Source of the DNA: an uncultured Candidatus Saccharibacteria bacterium
Lineage (GTDB): Bacteria > Patescibacteriota > Minisyncoccia > Minisyncoccales > GWA2-38-27
Reading direction: 5' to 3'
Assembly (NCBI GenBank): GCA_964583485.1
Contig: CAZOVC010000001.1
Location: forward strand, 347 to 64,346
Length of the DNA: 64,000 nucleotides
Shown: positions 25,699-34,066 of the stretch, piece by piece
How positions within the stretch are numbered: the stretch's first letter is position 1
How the letters are laid out: the number at the start of each line of letters is the position of its first letter
Notes under the pieces: model-generated
The model's database searches: none
Seen by the model: only the letters and a program-made list of their open reading frames with translations
Told to the model about the DNA's origin: nothing
Position numbers and translations under genes: made by a program

Positions 25699-26817
25699 TT
25701 AATAAAATCTTCCAGTGATAAACTCGGCAAAGCTTTCTTTCACTGGAACAGTAAAATAGAAGATTGAACCTTTATCTTTTTCAGATTCAAACCAAATTCT
25801 TCCTCCATGAGCCTCAATAATATTTTTTGCTATATAAAGTCCAAGCCCTGTGCCTTCAGTGTCTACTTTCATTATATTAGTGCCTCGAAAGAATTTAGTA
25901 AATACTTTCATTTGCTGGTCTCTAGGAATTCCCATCCCGGTATCCTGAATTTTAACTTCTATTTCTTTTTTATTATACTTAAGAGAAATTGAAACCTTGT
26001 CGCCAGAAAAAACATATTTAAGAGCGTTATTAAAAATATTTTCAATAGCAATTTTCATTTTCTCAACATCTAACATAACTTTAGGTAATTTGTCCTTTGG
26101 TTTTTTAAATTCCAGTTTGATTTTCTTTTCTTCTATTAAATTTCTATTCTCATTTATTATAAATTGAATAATATCTTCAATATTTGAAAGAACTATTTTA
26201 GAAAGAAACTTTCCCTCTTCAATCTGAGCTAAGTTCAAAAGGTCTCTGACCAGCCTAATTACCTTATCATTTGTCTTATATATTCTTTCAACAATCTTTC
26301 TTTGTTCTTTGTTTAATTCTCCCAGATCTCCATCCAACAACATTTGAAGAGACCATTTTACCGCTGAAGTGGGGGTGCGCAATTGATGAGCCGCCAAAGT
26401 AACAAACTCGCTTTTCATTTTTTCTACTATCTTTTCTCGGCTAACATTATGCAGAATCACTAAAGTGCCGGATTTTTCTCCGTTAATTATCATTGAGGTG
26501 CTTGTTACTTCTAAGATAAAGTTTTCTCTAATCTGAAGTTCTCTTCTAAAAAACTCTTTTGTTCTTCCTGTTAAAAGAGAAACTAATGGCCCGAAATGAG
26601 GAAAACGGTTTAGTTCTAAAGTTGATTTGCCTAATATTTTTTCCTTTCTAATTTGAAAAAATTCTTCAGCTTGAAGATTAACTAAAATAAGTTTATTGTT
26701 TTTATCAAAAACCAAGAGTCCATCAGAAAGATAGTTAGCGATTGTTATATCGCTCCTAAAAAATACATTATTGTTATTGTTTTTTTTCTTCCAAAACATT
26801 GTTTGATAAACGATCAA
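25699..26817 (-). CDS. Sensor histidine kinase (PAS + HisKA + HATPase_c)
   Basis: H-box AAHQLRTPT, N/G boxes NALKY..DTGMGI..GTGLGL. Confidence 0.85.
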   Translation of the reverse strand: MIVYQTMFWKKKNNNNNVFFRSDITIANYLSDGLLVFDKNNKLILVNLQAEEFFQIRKEKILGKSTLELNRFPHFGPLVSLLTGRTKEFFRRELQIRENFILEVTSTSMIINGEKSGTLVILHNVSREKIVEKMKSEFVTLAAHQLRTPTSAVKWSLQMLLDGDLGELNKEQRKIVERIYKTNDKVIRLVRDLLNLAQIEEGKFLSKIVLSNIEDIIQFIINENRNLIEEKKIKLEFKKPKDKLPKVMLDVEKMKIAIENIFNNALKYVFSGDKVSISLKYNKKEIEVKIQDTGMGIPRDQQMKVFTKFFRGTNIMKVDTEGTGLGLYIAKNIIEAHGGRIWFESEKDKGSIFYFTVPVKESFAEFITGRFY

Positions 26818-27715
26818 TTAAAGTTTGAAATTCATAATTCTTAAAAAGGCGAATCACTCTATCTTTATTATAACCTGGCCAACGGCATCTTTCCAAATCA
26901 AATTCAATCGGCACATTCTGATTTATCTCAGCTAACATCTTGGAAATAAAGGCTTGTTCTCTATAATCGTAAAGTTTTTTTCTTAAAGATTCTTTCACCT
27001 TTTTAGCTTTTTCGCTATTTTGTTCCAACTCTTTGTAAAGATTTTCCAAAGTTCTAAACTCTTTAATCAAATAAATAGCTGTTTTCTCGCCAATTCCTGA
27101 AACTCCAGGAATATTATCTGATGGATCACCCCTCAACCCCTTATAATCAATCAGCTCTTGAGGGCCCAATCCATCATATTTTTCCTTAACCTTTTCTTTA
27201 TCATACAAAACAGTATCTTTGAGTCCTTTTCTTAAAGCATAAACTTGGGTATTTTTATCAACAAGCTGCAAAGCGTCTAAATCACCGGTTAAAATAATTG
27301 TTTCAATCTCAGGAAGAACCTGCTTTTTAGGGGCTGCCTTGGAAATAGTTCCAATAAGGTCATCTGCTTCAAATCCTTGTTTTTCAAAAATCTGAATATT
27401 AAAACTTTTTAAAATTTCTTTTATCTTAGGAATTTGCTCATAAAGTTCTTGCGGGGCTTTTTTCCGAGTAGCTTTATAAAGTTTGTATTTCTCATGGCGG
27501 AAAGTAGGAGCAGGAAAGTCAAAAACAGCAACAACAAAATCTGGCTGAAATTCTTTAATAGCTTTAAAAAAAACCAATAAAAATCCATAAATAGCGTTAA
27601 CTAGCTCCCCTTTTTTAGTAGTTAAAGACGGCAAAGCATGAAATGCTCGATGAATCACCGCATTGCTATCAATAACAATTAATCTTTTCTTATTTTCTTT
27701 TTTCTCTTCTGTCAT
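26774..27715 (-). CDS. 5'-3' exonuclease (Pol I N-terminal domain / FEN-like)
   Basis: LIVIDSNAVIHRAFHALP, GFEADDLIG, TGDLDALQL, GIGEKTA. Confidence 0.85.
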   Translation of the reverse strand: MTEEKKENKKRLIVIDSNAVIHRAFHALPSLTTKKGELVNAIYGFLLVFFKAIKEFQPDFVVAVFDFPAPTFRHEKYKLYKATRKKAPQELYEQIPKIKEILKSFNIQIFEKQGFEADDLIGTISKAAPKKQVLPEIETIILTGDLDALQLVDKNTQVYALRKGLKDTVLYDKEKVKEKYDGLGPQELIDYKGLRGDPSDNIPGVSGIGEKTAIYLIKEFRTLENLYKELEQNSEKAKKVKESLRKKLYDYREQAFISKMLAEINQNVPIEFDLERCRWPGYNKDRVIRLFKNYEFQTLIDRLSNNVLEEKKQ

Positions 27716-27767
27716 ATATATTCATTTTAACATAAAATTTCCAATTCCCCTTGTTTTTGTCCTTGCA

Positions 27768-28030
27768 TGGTCAATTTTGAAAAAAGTTAGAACTCACTAT
27801 CAACAAAATCCAAATGATGATTTTTGAACGGCTCTGAAAAAGCGCTTAATAAATGGCAGCCAAAATTTAATAATGTGAGCACTTTTTCAGAGCCGTGGTC
27901 TACCTACGGTAGACAGCCAGCAGGCAAAAAATTTCCTCCCCCAGACCCCCTCCATTTTTTGCCTGTTGTTAGCCCTGCCTGCGTTTTTTGAACTTCGGCA
28001 AGGCAAGCGAGCCGAAAAATTTTTGGTGAA
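27768..28030 (+). repeat. 263-bp inverted repeat, left copy (arm b)
   Basis: By hand comparison, it matches the reverse complement of 31584-31846 exactly. Confidence 0.9.
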
Positions 28031-28081
28031 AAATAGATCTGACTCTATTTTTCACTCACAAACAAAAAAAATAAGGGTGTT

Positions 28082-28744
28082 TTATTTCTTCGTCCACTTT
28101 GAGCAATTTTTTGGATAAAGTGTTCTTTCTCTTTTTGGTTTATTAAAATAAGCCGTCCATACACTTTGAGTTTCCTGATATATTTTACAAGGAATTTTAT
28201 CGGTATCGCTAATTTCATCTAGTTGCCATAGATCATCCTCATAATCCTTTACTTTTTTATGATGTTTGCATGTTTTACACCACTCAATTTTTTTAGTATC
28301 AACATAGGTACCTTTTCTTTTTGCTTCCCTTTTTAAAGATTGATTTTTTATCGTTTCAGCAAGAATAGCGATACCGATCGATACCACCACTCCCGTAAGG
28401 CTTATTTTCCAATTTAAAAACAAAAAAGATATAAGACTAAATAAAAAAAGTGGTATGCTTAAAAGAAAGAATTTGACGCAAGTTTTACGAATAGCTGTTT
28501 CTTTTTGCCACTCTGGATTATTCCACGAACGTTCAAAGGTTTTTTTTAAGCGTTCTGCAGTAAACAAGTCTAAACCACTTGTTTTTATCCCTTTTTTAAT
28601 TATAGGATGCCAAAATCCTTTGTGTTCTTCATTCCATTCATAACCACATTCCAAAATAGCGTCTATTAATTCCTCAACATCTTTTTTGTTTTTATTTTCT
28701 AAATATGGATTTAGTTTTATTAATTCTTCGTATGTTGGTTTCAT
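28082..28744 (-). CDS. Hypothetical membrane protein with C-terminal Cys motifs
   Basis: Two central TM segments, then CKTCKHH...PCKIY...NCSKW. Confidence 0.45.
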   Translation of the reverse strand: MKPTYEELIKLNPYLENKNKKDVEELIDAILECGYEWNEEHKGFWHPIIKKGIKTSGLDLFTAERLKKTFERSWNNPEWQKETAIRKTCVKFFLLSIPLFLFSLISFLFLNWKISLTGVVVSIGIAILAETIKNQSLKREAKRKGTYVDTKKIEWCKTCKHHKKVKDYEDDLWQLDEISDTDKIPCKIYQETQSVWTAYFNKPKRERTLYPKNCSKWTKK

Positions 28745-28838
28745 AATTAAATGGTTAGAAATAAAATGTCCTTTATTTTTTTTAACCGAAAAATTTTTGA
28801 TATAATCTAATTTGTCGATAAATACATAATTCCGGTTT

Positions 28839-28997
28839 TTATCTCCTCTGATTATCTTCCAATTGTTCTTCCTGTGTATCCATTAAAAGCACTTCTCCAC
28901 ATTTTGGACACTCATCTACATCAATGGTTACCTCGTACCATTTTTGGCATTCGGAACAATATCTTTTAACTTTTAATTCTCCATTTTTGACTTTCAT
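28839..28997 (-). CDS. Small zinc-ribbon protein
   Basis: CSECQ...CPKCG. Start taken at MKVKNGE to avoid overlap with the upstream gene. Confidence 0.45.
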   Translation of the reverse strand: MKVKNGELKVKRYCSECQKWYEVTIDVDECPKCGEVLLMDTQEEQLEDNQRR

Positions 28998-29055
28998 AAT
29001 ACTAAATACTTTTGAGGGTAGCGTTTTATTTTTTGGATTCGAATAATGAAGTAAA

Positions 29056-30336
29056 TTATTTTTTAGCATCAACATCAATCCTCAAAACTCCTCGGTTTTT
29101 GGTTCCTATATATAAAACATCCTTAAGTTCTGGGTCGGATACAAAGACGCCCGACAGAAAAACGGAAAGAGGGAGGTCAGTCATTAAAGCGTTGTTGACT
29201 ATTTCTTCAGGCAAAGAATTCTCAGAAATTTTCCAACTCTTACCAGAATCTATGGGAGCAGTAGTTATGCTTCTGACTAAATAATAATCTCTTCCAATGC
29301 GACTAAATCCAGTAATATAAGCACCGGAGCCTGAGAAATACTTTGTAATAAACACTTCGGGTACTTTCTCCCCCTTAGAAAGTTCTTCCCAAGTGTTTCC
29401 ATAATCTCTACTTTTTAGAAAAATCTTCCCGTTCTCGGTTTTGATAGAGGCGTAAATATATTTAATACCTTCTTTTGTATACCATTCAGCTGGTTTTAAA
29501 TCTAAAATTGATATATTCTCACCGGAATCATTAAAATTAAACTGTTGCCAGCTTTCTCCTCTGTTTTTGCTTATATAAAATCTATGTGCAGTTGCTTCTC
29601 CCAATATAATTCCTTCATATTCATCTAAAACAAAAATTTTCTCCAAACCGCCTACTGGACTATCAAATGAATAGTTACGAAAATATGGAGACGAAAACCA
29701 ATCTTGACATAATCCTTCCTCACACAAGTAATCAATCTCTAAATCGCATCCTCTTAAAAACTTGTGATTAGCCACATAAACTTTGTCATAAACCTGCCAA
29801 ACTTTTCCTTCTTTTATTTCTTCGGGCGGTATTTCCCCATAAGTTAACGCATATACAGCAGTTTCCCAACTTACCGGCTCAGCATCAGATATAAAAAAAT
29901 CTTTTATAGTTGGGAAAATAATCTTTTCTCCATTTTGAACACAAGAAAGCGGTATAATATGTTTCCATTCAATTCCATCATTTTCACTTCTAAATAATAC
30001 ACCAGCGGTTAATAAATAAATAATTTTGTTACTTTCTATATCTTCTACGTGTTGTAATTTTTTTATCTTATTAAAAGACCCTAAGCCTTCATTTATTGGA
30101 AACCAATTGTCTCCACGGTCTATACTTTTAAATACGCCTCCTTCAGTTCCGATATATAAAACAGAGGGATAAGAAGCAATTAGCGAATTAACGGAAAGGT
30201 TGTTTAATCCCTTATTGATAGGGGTTACGGTAATTGTATACTGTTCCTGTTTGTAGGGGTTGAAAAGCCAAAATCCTAAAATTATCAGTAAAATGACTCC
30301 TGTCAATATTAAAATTTTAACTATTTGTTTTTTCAT
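29056..30336 (-). CDS. BNR/Asp-box repeat beta-propeller protein with N-terminal signal anchor
   Basis: Five SxDxGxxW-like boxes: SIDRGDNW, SENDGIEW, SKNRGESW, SRDYGNTW, IDSGKSW. Confidence 0.7.
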   Translation of the reverse strand: MKKQIVKILILTGVILLIILGFWLFNPYKQEQYTITVTPINKGLNNLSVNSLIASYPSVLYIGTEGGVFKSIDRGDNWFPINEGLGSFNKIKKLQHVEDIESNKIIYLLTAGVLFRSENDGIEWKHIIPLSCVQNGEKIIFPTIKDFFISDAEPVSWETAVYALTYGEIPPEEIKEGKVWQVYDKVYVANHKFLRGCDLEIDYLCEEGLCQDWFSSPYFRNYSFDSPVGGLEKIFVLDEYEGIILGEATAHRFYISKNRGESWQQFNFNDSGENISILDLKPAEWYTKEGIKYIYASIKTENGKIFLKSRDYGNTWEELSKGEKVPEVFITKYFSGSGAYITGFSRIGRDYYLVRSITTAPIDSGKSWKISENSLPEEIVNNALMTDLPLSVFLSGVFVSDPELKDVLYIGTKNRGVLRIDVDAKK

Positions 30337-30357
30337 AGATTTATTTAGTTTTATATT

Positions 30358-31224
30358 TTAATAAACGCAAATTTCTGGTTCTATTTTTAATTCCTTCCTA
30401 ATCCAATCTTTAACATTATATATGTTTCCTATCTCATCAATTAGCCCGTTTTCTTTAGCATCTTGACCAAGCATACTAGAACCATCAGCCAATTTTTCAA
30501 CTTTTTCGATATCTAACTCTCTATTTTCAGCTACTATCTTTACAAAAGCATCATGTAATATTTTTACATCTCTCATAAGCAACTCCTTTTCTTCAAATGT
30601 TAATTCTTTATCTGGATCTCCTGTATTTTTGAACTTGCCTGAAGATAATTGTTGATAAGTTATCCCTTCTTTCTTGTTTTGTTGAGAATAGTCTAAATAA
30701 GACATTGTAATTCCGATACCACCTATATCTGACATTGTGCTGGCATATATTTTATCGGCTCCCGTGGCCACCAAATAGGCGCCAGAGACAGCAGCTTCTC
30801 TTATAACTGCTATAGTTGGTTTCGTCATTCTATTTAGAGCATTCATTATTTCTTCTGAAGCTACGGGATATCCTCCATAAGAGTCTATTTCTATAATTAC
30901 GGCCTTTATATTGTCGTTCTCTTCTATTTCATCAATATATGCAATTACTTTTTCCGAGGATATTAAATCCAGAGGTATTAAATCTGCTTCTTCTGTGTAA
31001 AATGATTCTGTTAAATAAGTAACTATATCTCCGTGAATATTTATTAATGCTACATTGCTATTCTCTGGACACAAAATTTGTTCATCTAAAAAGCCTTCTT
31101 CATATAAAAAATCGTATTCATCTGTAAAATAGAAAGTGTACTCATCAAACCAAAACATTGCTATAGTTAAAGTTATACTAAGGAAGAAGATAATTTTGAT
31201 AATTGTTTTAATTTTTTCTTTCAT
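30358..31224 (-). CDS. Signal peptide peptidase SppA-like (S49 family), membrane anchored
   Basis: IIEIDSYGGYPVASEEI and VSGAYLVATGADKIYAS..IGGIG motifs. Confidence 0.75.
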   Translation of the reverse strand: MKEKIKTIIKIIFFLSITLTIAMFWFDEYTFYFTDEYDFLYEEGFLDEQILCPENSNVALINIHGDIVTYLTESFYTEEADLIPLDLISSEKVIAYIDEIEENDNIKAVIIEIDSYGGYPVASEEIMNALNRMTKPTIAVIREAAVSGAYLVATGADKIYASTMSDIGGIGITMSYLDYSQQNKKEGITYQQLSSGKFKNTGDPDKELTFEEKELLMRDVKILHDAFVKIVAENRELDIEKVEKLADGSSMLGQDAKENGLIDEIGNIYNVKDWIRKELKIEPEICVY

Positions 31225-31241
31225 AAAGTTATTTTGTAAAG

Positions 31242-31439
31242 TTATTTGATTAAATCATCTACCTTTATTCCAAGAATCCTTGATATTTTTTTTAAAGTAT
31301 CAAGGGTTGGATTTTTATTCTTCCCTGCTTCAATTTTAATAATAGTGTTATTAGCAACATCTGCTAATCTTGCTAATTTTTCTTGGGAAAGATTTTTCTT
31401 TTCTCTTAACCTTCTTAAATTTTTTCCAAGTATTGACAT
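31242..31439 (-). CDS. XRE-family HTH regulator
   Basis: LRRLREKKNLSQEKLARLADVANNTIIKIEAGKNKNPTLDTL. Confidence 0.8.
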   Translation of the reverse strand: MSILGKNLRRLREKKNLSQEKLARLADVANNTIIKIEAGKNKNPTLDTLKKISRILGIKVDDLIK

Positions 31440-31583
31440 ACCTTTATTGAAGTAGTAGAATTAAAGTAGTAGTGAATTTCTTTTCTATTACTCTAATAAT
31501 AAATCAATTCTTTATAAAAATCAAGGGAGATATAATAATCCTCTGTTGCGCGCGCACGGGCAGGGCGGGGCAAGCGCAACACC

Positions 31584-31846
31584 TTCACCAAAAATTTTTC
31601 GGCTCGCTTGCCTTGCCGAAGTTCAAAAAACGCAGGCAGGGCTAACAACAGGCAAAAAATGGAGGGGGTCTGGGGGAGGAAATTTTTTGCCTGCTGGCTG
31701 TCTACCGTAGGTAGACCACGGCTCTGAAAAAGTGCTCACATTATTAAATTTTGGCTGCCATTTATTAAGCGCTTTTTCAGAGCCGTTCAAAAATCATCAT
31801 TTGGATTTTGTTGATAGTGAGTTCTAACTTTTTTCAAAATTGACCA
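31584..31846 (-). repeat. 263-bp inverted repeat, right copy (arm b inverted)
   Basis: Perfect reverse complement of 27768-28030. Confidence 0.9.
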
Positions 31847-31905
31847 CATTTCGCAATTTTCGTCGTTTTTGGGGCAAGCCGCCTCGGCGCCCCGCGCCTC
31901 GGCGG
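31844..31905 (-). repeat. 62-bp inverted repeat, left copy (arm a inverted), upstream of the recombinase gene
   Basis: Reverse complement of 33383-33444 with 1 mismatch. Overlaps arm b by the CCA/TGG core (31844-31846). Confidence 0.9.
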
Positions 31906-31941
31906 GATAAAGCAAGATTTTAAATTGTCGAAGTAATATTT

Positions 31942-33486
31942 ATGCTCAAATATTTTATCTATTGCAGAAAATCAACTGAAAGCGAAGAAAAACAGGCCTT
32001 ATCTATTGAAGCCCAGCTTGTTGAATTGAGAGAATTTGCCAAACAAAATGATTTGCTTGTTGTCCAAGAGTTTGTTGAAACAAAAACAGCAAAAGAGCCG
32101 GGCAGGCCTGTTTTTAATAAAATGCTGGAGCAGATTGATACTGGAAAGGCTTCAGGAATTTTAGCGTGGAATCCTGATCGCTTAGCACGCAATTCTGTTG
32201 ATGGCGGAAGAATAATATATCTTGTTGATACTGATAAAATTAAATCGCTAAAATTCCCTACTTTCTGGTTTGAGCCAACTCCTCAGGGAAAGTTTATGCT
32301 TTCAGTTTCTTTTGGCCAGGCAAAATATTACACCGACAATTTGAGAGAAAACATTTTGCGGGGAATTAGGCAAAAGATAAGGCGTGGAGAACTTTCGGCA
32401 AAAGCTCCATTGGGATATTTCAATGAACCAAGATTAAGAACTATTGAACCGGATAAAAAGACATTCAATAAAATGAAAAGGATATTGGAAGCTTTTGCCA
32501 CTGGTAATTACACCCTCACGAAAATTCAAGACAAAATGTTTTCTCTTGGCTTGGTTAGCAATAATGGAAAACCTCTTCACCTTTCAACAATACAGCATTT
32601 ACTGACTAATCCTTTTTACTACGGACATTTTCGCTATCGCAATGAAATTCATCAAGGAAGCCATAAGCCAATGGTTTCAAAGAAACTTTTTGATAAAATC
32701 CAGCAAGCCCTCAAAGACAATGGCAAGCCCCGCAAAAAGCAGAAAAGAGAATTCTTGTTTCGCAATTTTGCTAAATGCAAAGAATGCGGCTATATGATTA
32801 CTGCTGAACAACATATCAAGAAAAGCGGACTGCGTTTTGTTTATTATCGCTGCACTAAGAAAAGCAAAATTTACAAATGCAAGCAGGGCTTTTTGCGGGA
32901 GGAAAATTTAGCAAGGCAAATTAAGGATTTTATTCAAAAAGTTTCTTTAAGTGATTATTGGAAAAATAGGTTTCTTTCAAAAACAGATGAATGGCAAAAA
33001 CAAGAAAACCAATCATCAATTCTTTTTGCTCAAAATCTTAAAAAAGAGCTTGTTCAAACAAAGATAAAGATAGATCGTTTAACAAACGCCTATTTAGAAC
33101 AAGCTTTAGAATTATCTGAATTTCTTCAAAAGAAAAACGCCTTGATGGAGAAAAAGACGGACATAAAGGAAAAACTAAAAGATTTTGAGCAAAAAGGAAA
33201 TCATTGGCTCGAACTCACCAGGAATTGGATAATTGAAGCTAACCAAGCCAAAAATCTTGCTTTATCAGAAAATTTTCATGAAATGAAAAATTTTCTAAAA
33301 AAAATCGGCTCGAACCATGAGATTGCGAACCGAAAACTTACAATTTCTTTCAAAAAACCCTGGAATTACCTTTATTTTTTTTCCGCCGAGGCGCGAGGCG
33401 CCGAGGCGGCTTGCCCCAAAAACGACGAAAATTGCGAAATGTGGAGCCAAGGGGAATCGAACCCCTCTGTAAACTCCACATATTAA
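31942..33486 (+). CDS. Large serine recombinase; the 3' end contains arm a and crosses the junction
   Basis: YCRKSTESEEKQALSIEAQ catalytic domain, recombinase domain, zinc ribbon CKECGY..YYRCTKK, coiled coil. The tail ...CEMW|SQGESNPSVNSTY reads across the TGG core. Confidence 0.9.
   Translation: MLKYFIYCRKSTESEEKQALSIEAQLVELREFAKQNDLLVVQEFVETKTAKEPGRPVFNKMLEQIDTGKASGILAWNPDRLARNSVDGGRIIYLVDTDKIKSLKFPTFWFEPTPQGKFMLSVSFGQAKYYTDNLRENILRGIRQKIRRGELSAKAPLGYFNEPRLRTIEPDKKTFNKMKRILEAFATGNYTLTKIQDKMFSLGLVSNNGKPLHLSTIQHLLTNPFYYGHFRYRNEIHQGSHKPMVSKKLFDKIQQALKDNGKPRKKQKREFLFRNFAKCKECGYMITAEQHIKKSGLRFVYYRCTKKSKIYKCKQGFLREENLARQIKDFIQKVSLSDYWKNRFLSKTDEWQKQENQSSILFAQNLKKELVQTKIKIDRLTNAYLEQALELSEFLQKKNALMEKKTDIKEKLKDFEQKGNHWLELTRNWIIEANQAKNLALSENFHEMKNFLKKIGSNHEIANRKLTISFKKPWNYLYFFSAEARGAEAACPKNDENCEMWSQGESNPSVNSTY
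33383..33444 (+). repeat. 62-bp inverted repeat, right copy (arm a)
   Basis: 61/62 identity to the reverse complement of 31844-31905. Confidence 0.9.
33442..33466 (-). other. Orphan tRNA-like 3' fragment (T arm + 3' acceptor strand) at the junction
   Basis: Reverse complement AGGGG-TTCGATT-CCCCT-TGGCTCC-A. I could not fold any matching 5' acceptor, D arm or anticodon arm from the adjacent sequence. Confidence 0.5.
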
Positions 33487-33495
33487 TTTTACCAC

Positions 33496-33557
33496 AAAAA
33501 AGAAAGTCCGAGAAAACTCGGACTTTCAGGATCACGATTGAATCCGTGATTAACGCT
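33496..33557 (-). ncRNA. Candidate ~60-nt sRNA or leader: promoter, 5' hairpin, terminator
   Basis: Minus strand: hairpin ATCACG-GATTCAAT-CGTGAT, then AAAGTCCGAG-TTTT-CTCGGACTTT plus a T-run. The terminator also serves tsaE. Confidence 0.3.
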
Positions 33558-33563
33558 ACTATA

Positions 33564-33591
33564 ATTATAGCTTATCTAAAACTCTTGTCAA
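33564..33591 (-). promoter_or_regulatory. Near-consensus promoter on the minus strand
   Basis: TTGACA (33591-33586), 16-nt spacer, TATAAT (33569-33564). Confidence 0.4.
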
Positions 33592-33602
33592 GTGGAAAAA
33601 AG

Positions 33603-34061
33603 TCAAGTTTTAATTATAATCTTTCTTTTCTTCTCATCAATAAATTTGAAACTAATCCAAAGAACGTTTTTGGGCATTATTTTTTTTATTTTGTCAGCCC
33701 ATTCAATAGTGACGATATTTTCAGGATTAGAAATAATTTCTTTAAAACCAAGGACGAGTAATTCTTTCGGTCTTTCAATTCGATAGCAGTCAATATGATA
33801 GAGATTGTTAAATTGTTTAATTGTTAAATTGTTTAATTGAAATCTTTTTAGAATTACAAATGTTGGACTAAGAATTTTTTCTTTAATTCCTAAACCTTTG
33901 GCAAATCCTTGAATAAAGGTTGTTTTTCCTGCTCCAAGATTTCCTTCCAAGCCAATAACAAAAGCTTTCTTTTTCGGCTTGTTTTTTAGAATTTCTTTGG
34001 CAAATTTCTCGCCTAATTTCTTTGTCTGGACAGAACTACTTGTAATATTTTCTTTTTTCAT
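33603..34061 (-). CDS. tsaE: tRNA t6A37 biosynthesis ATPase TsaE
   Basis: P-loop GNLGAGKTTF and the SPTF motif. Confidence 0.85.
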   Translation of the reverse strand: MKKENITSSSVQTKKLGEKFAKEILKNKPKKKAFVIGLEGNLGAGKTTFIQGFAKGLGIKEKILSPTFVILKRFQLNNLTIKQFNNLYHIDCYRIERPKELLVLGFKEIISNPENIVTIEWADKIKKIMPKNVLWISFKFIDEKKRKIIIKT

Positions 34062-34066
34062 TTTTC

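Larger units (their letters stand above)
27768..33444. mobile_element. Second serine-recombinase element with attL-like, internal inverted attP-like and attR-like junctions
   Basis: Three junctions share a TGG core and pairwise-identical arms. See the repeats at 27768-28030, 31584-31846, 31844-31905 and 33383-33444. Confidence 0.6.

Noticed and set aside
33383-33444. Peptide ..PKNDENCEMW in the integrase 2 tail, and its DNA AAACGACGAAAA, resemble the tmRNA tag region (ANDENYALAA), next to a tmRNA-like acceptor end
   Set aside because: The tag-like reading is on the plus strand while the T arm and acceptor are on the minus strand. No GGGGCTG 5' end or pseudoknots are present. I treat it as coincidence.
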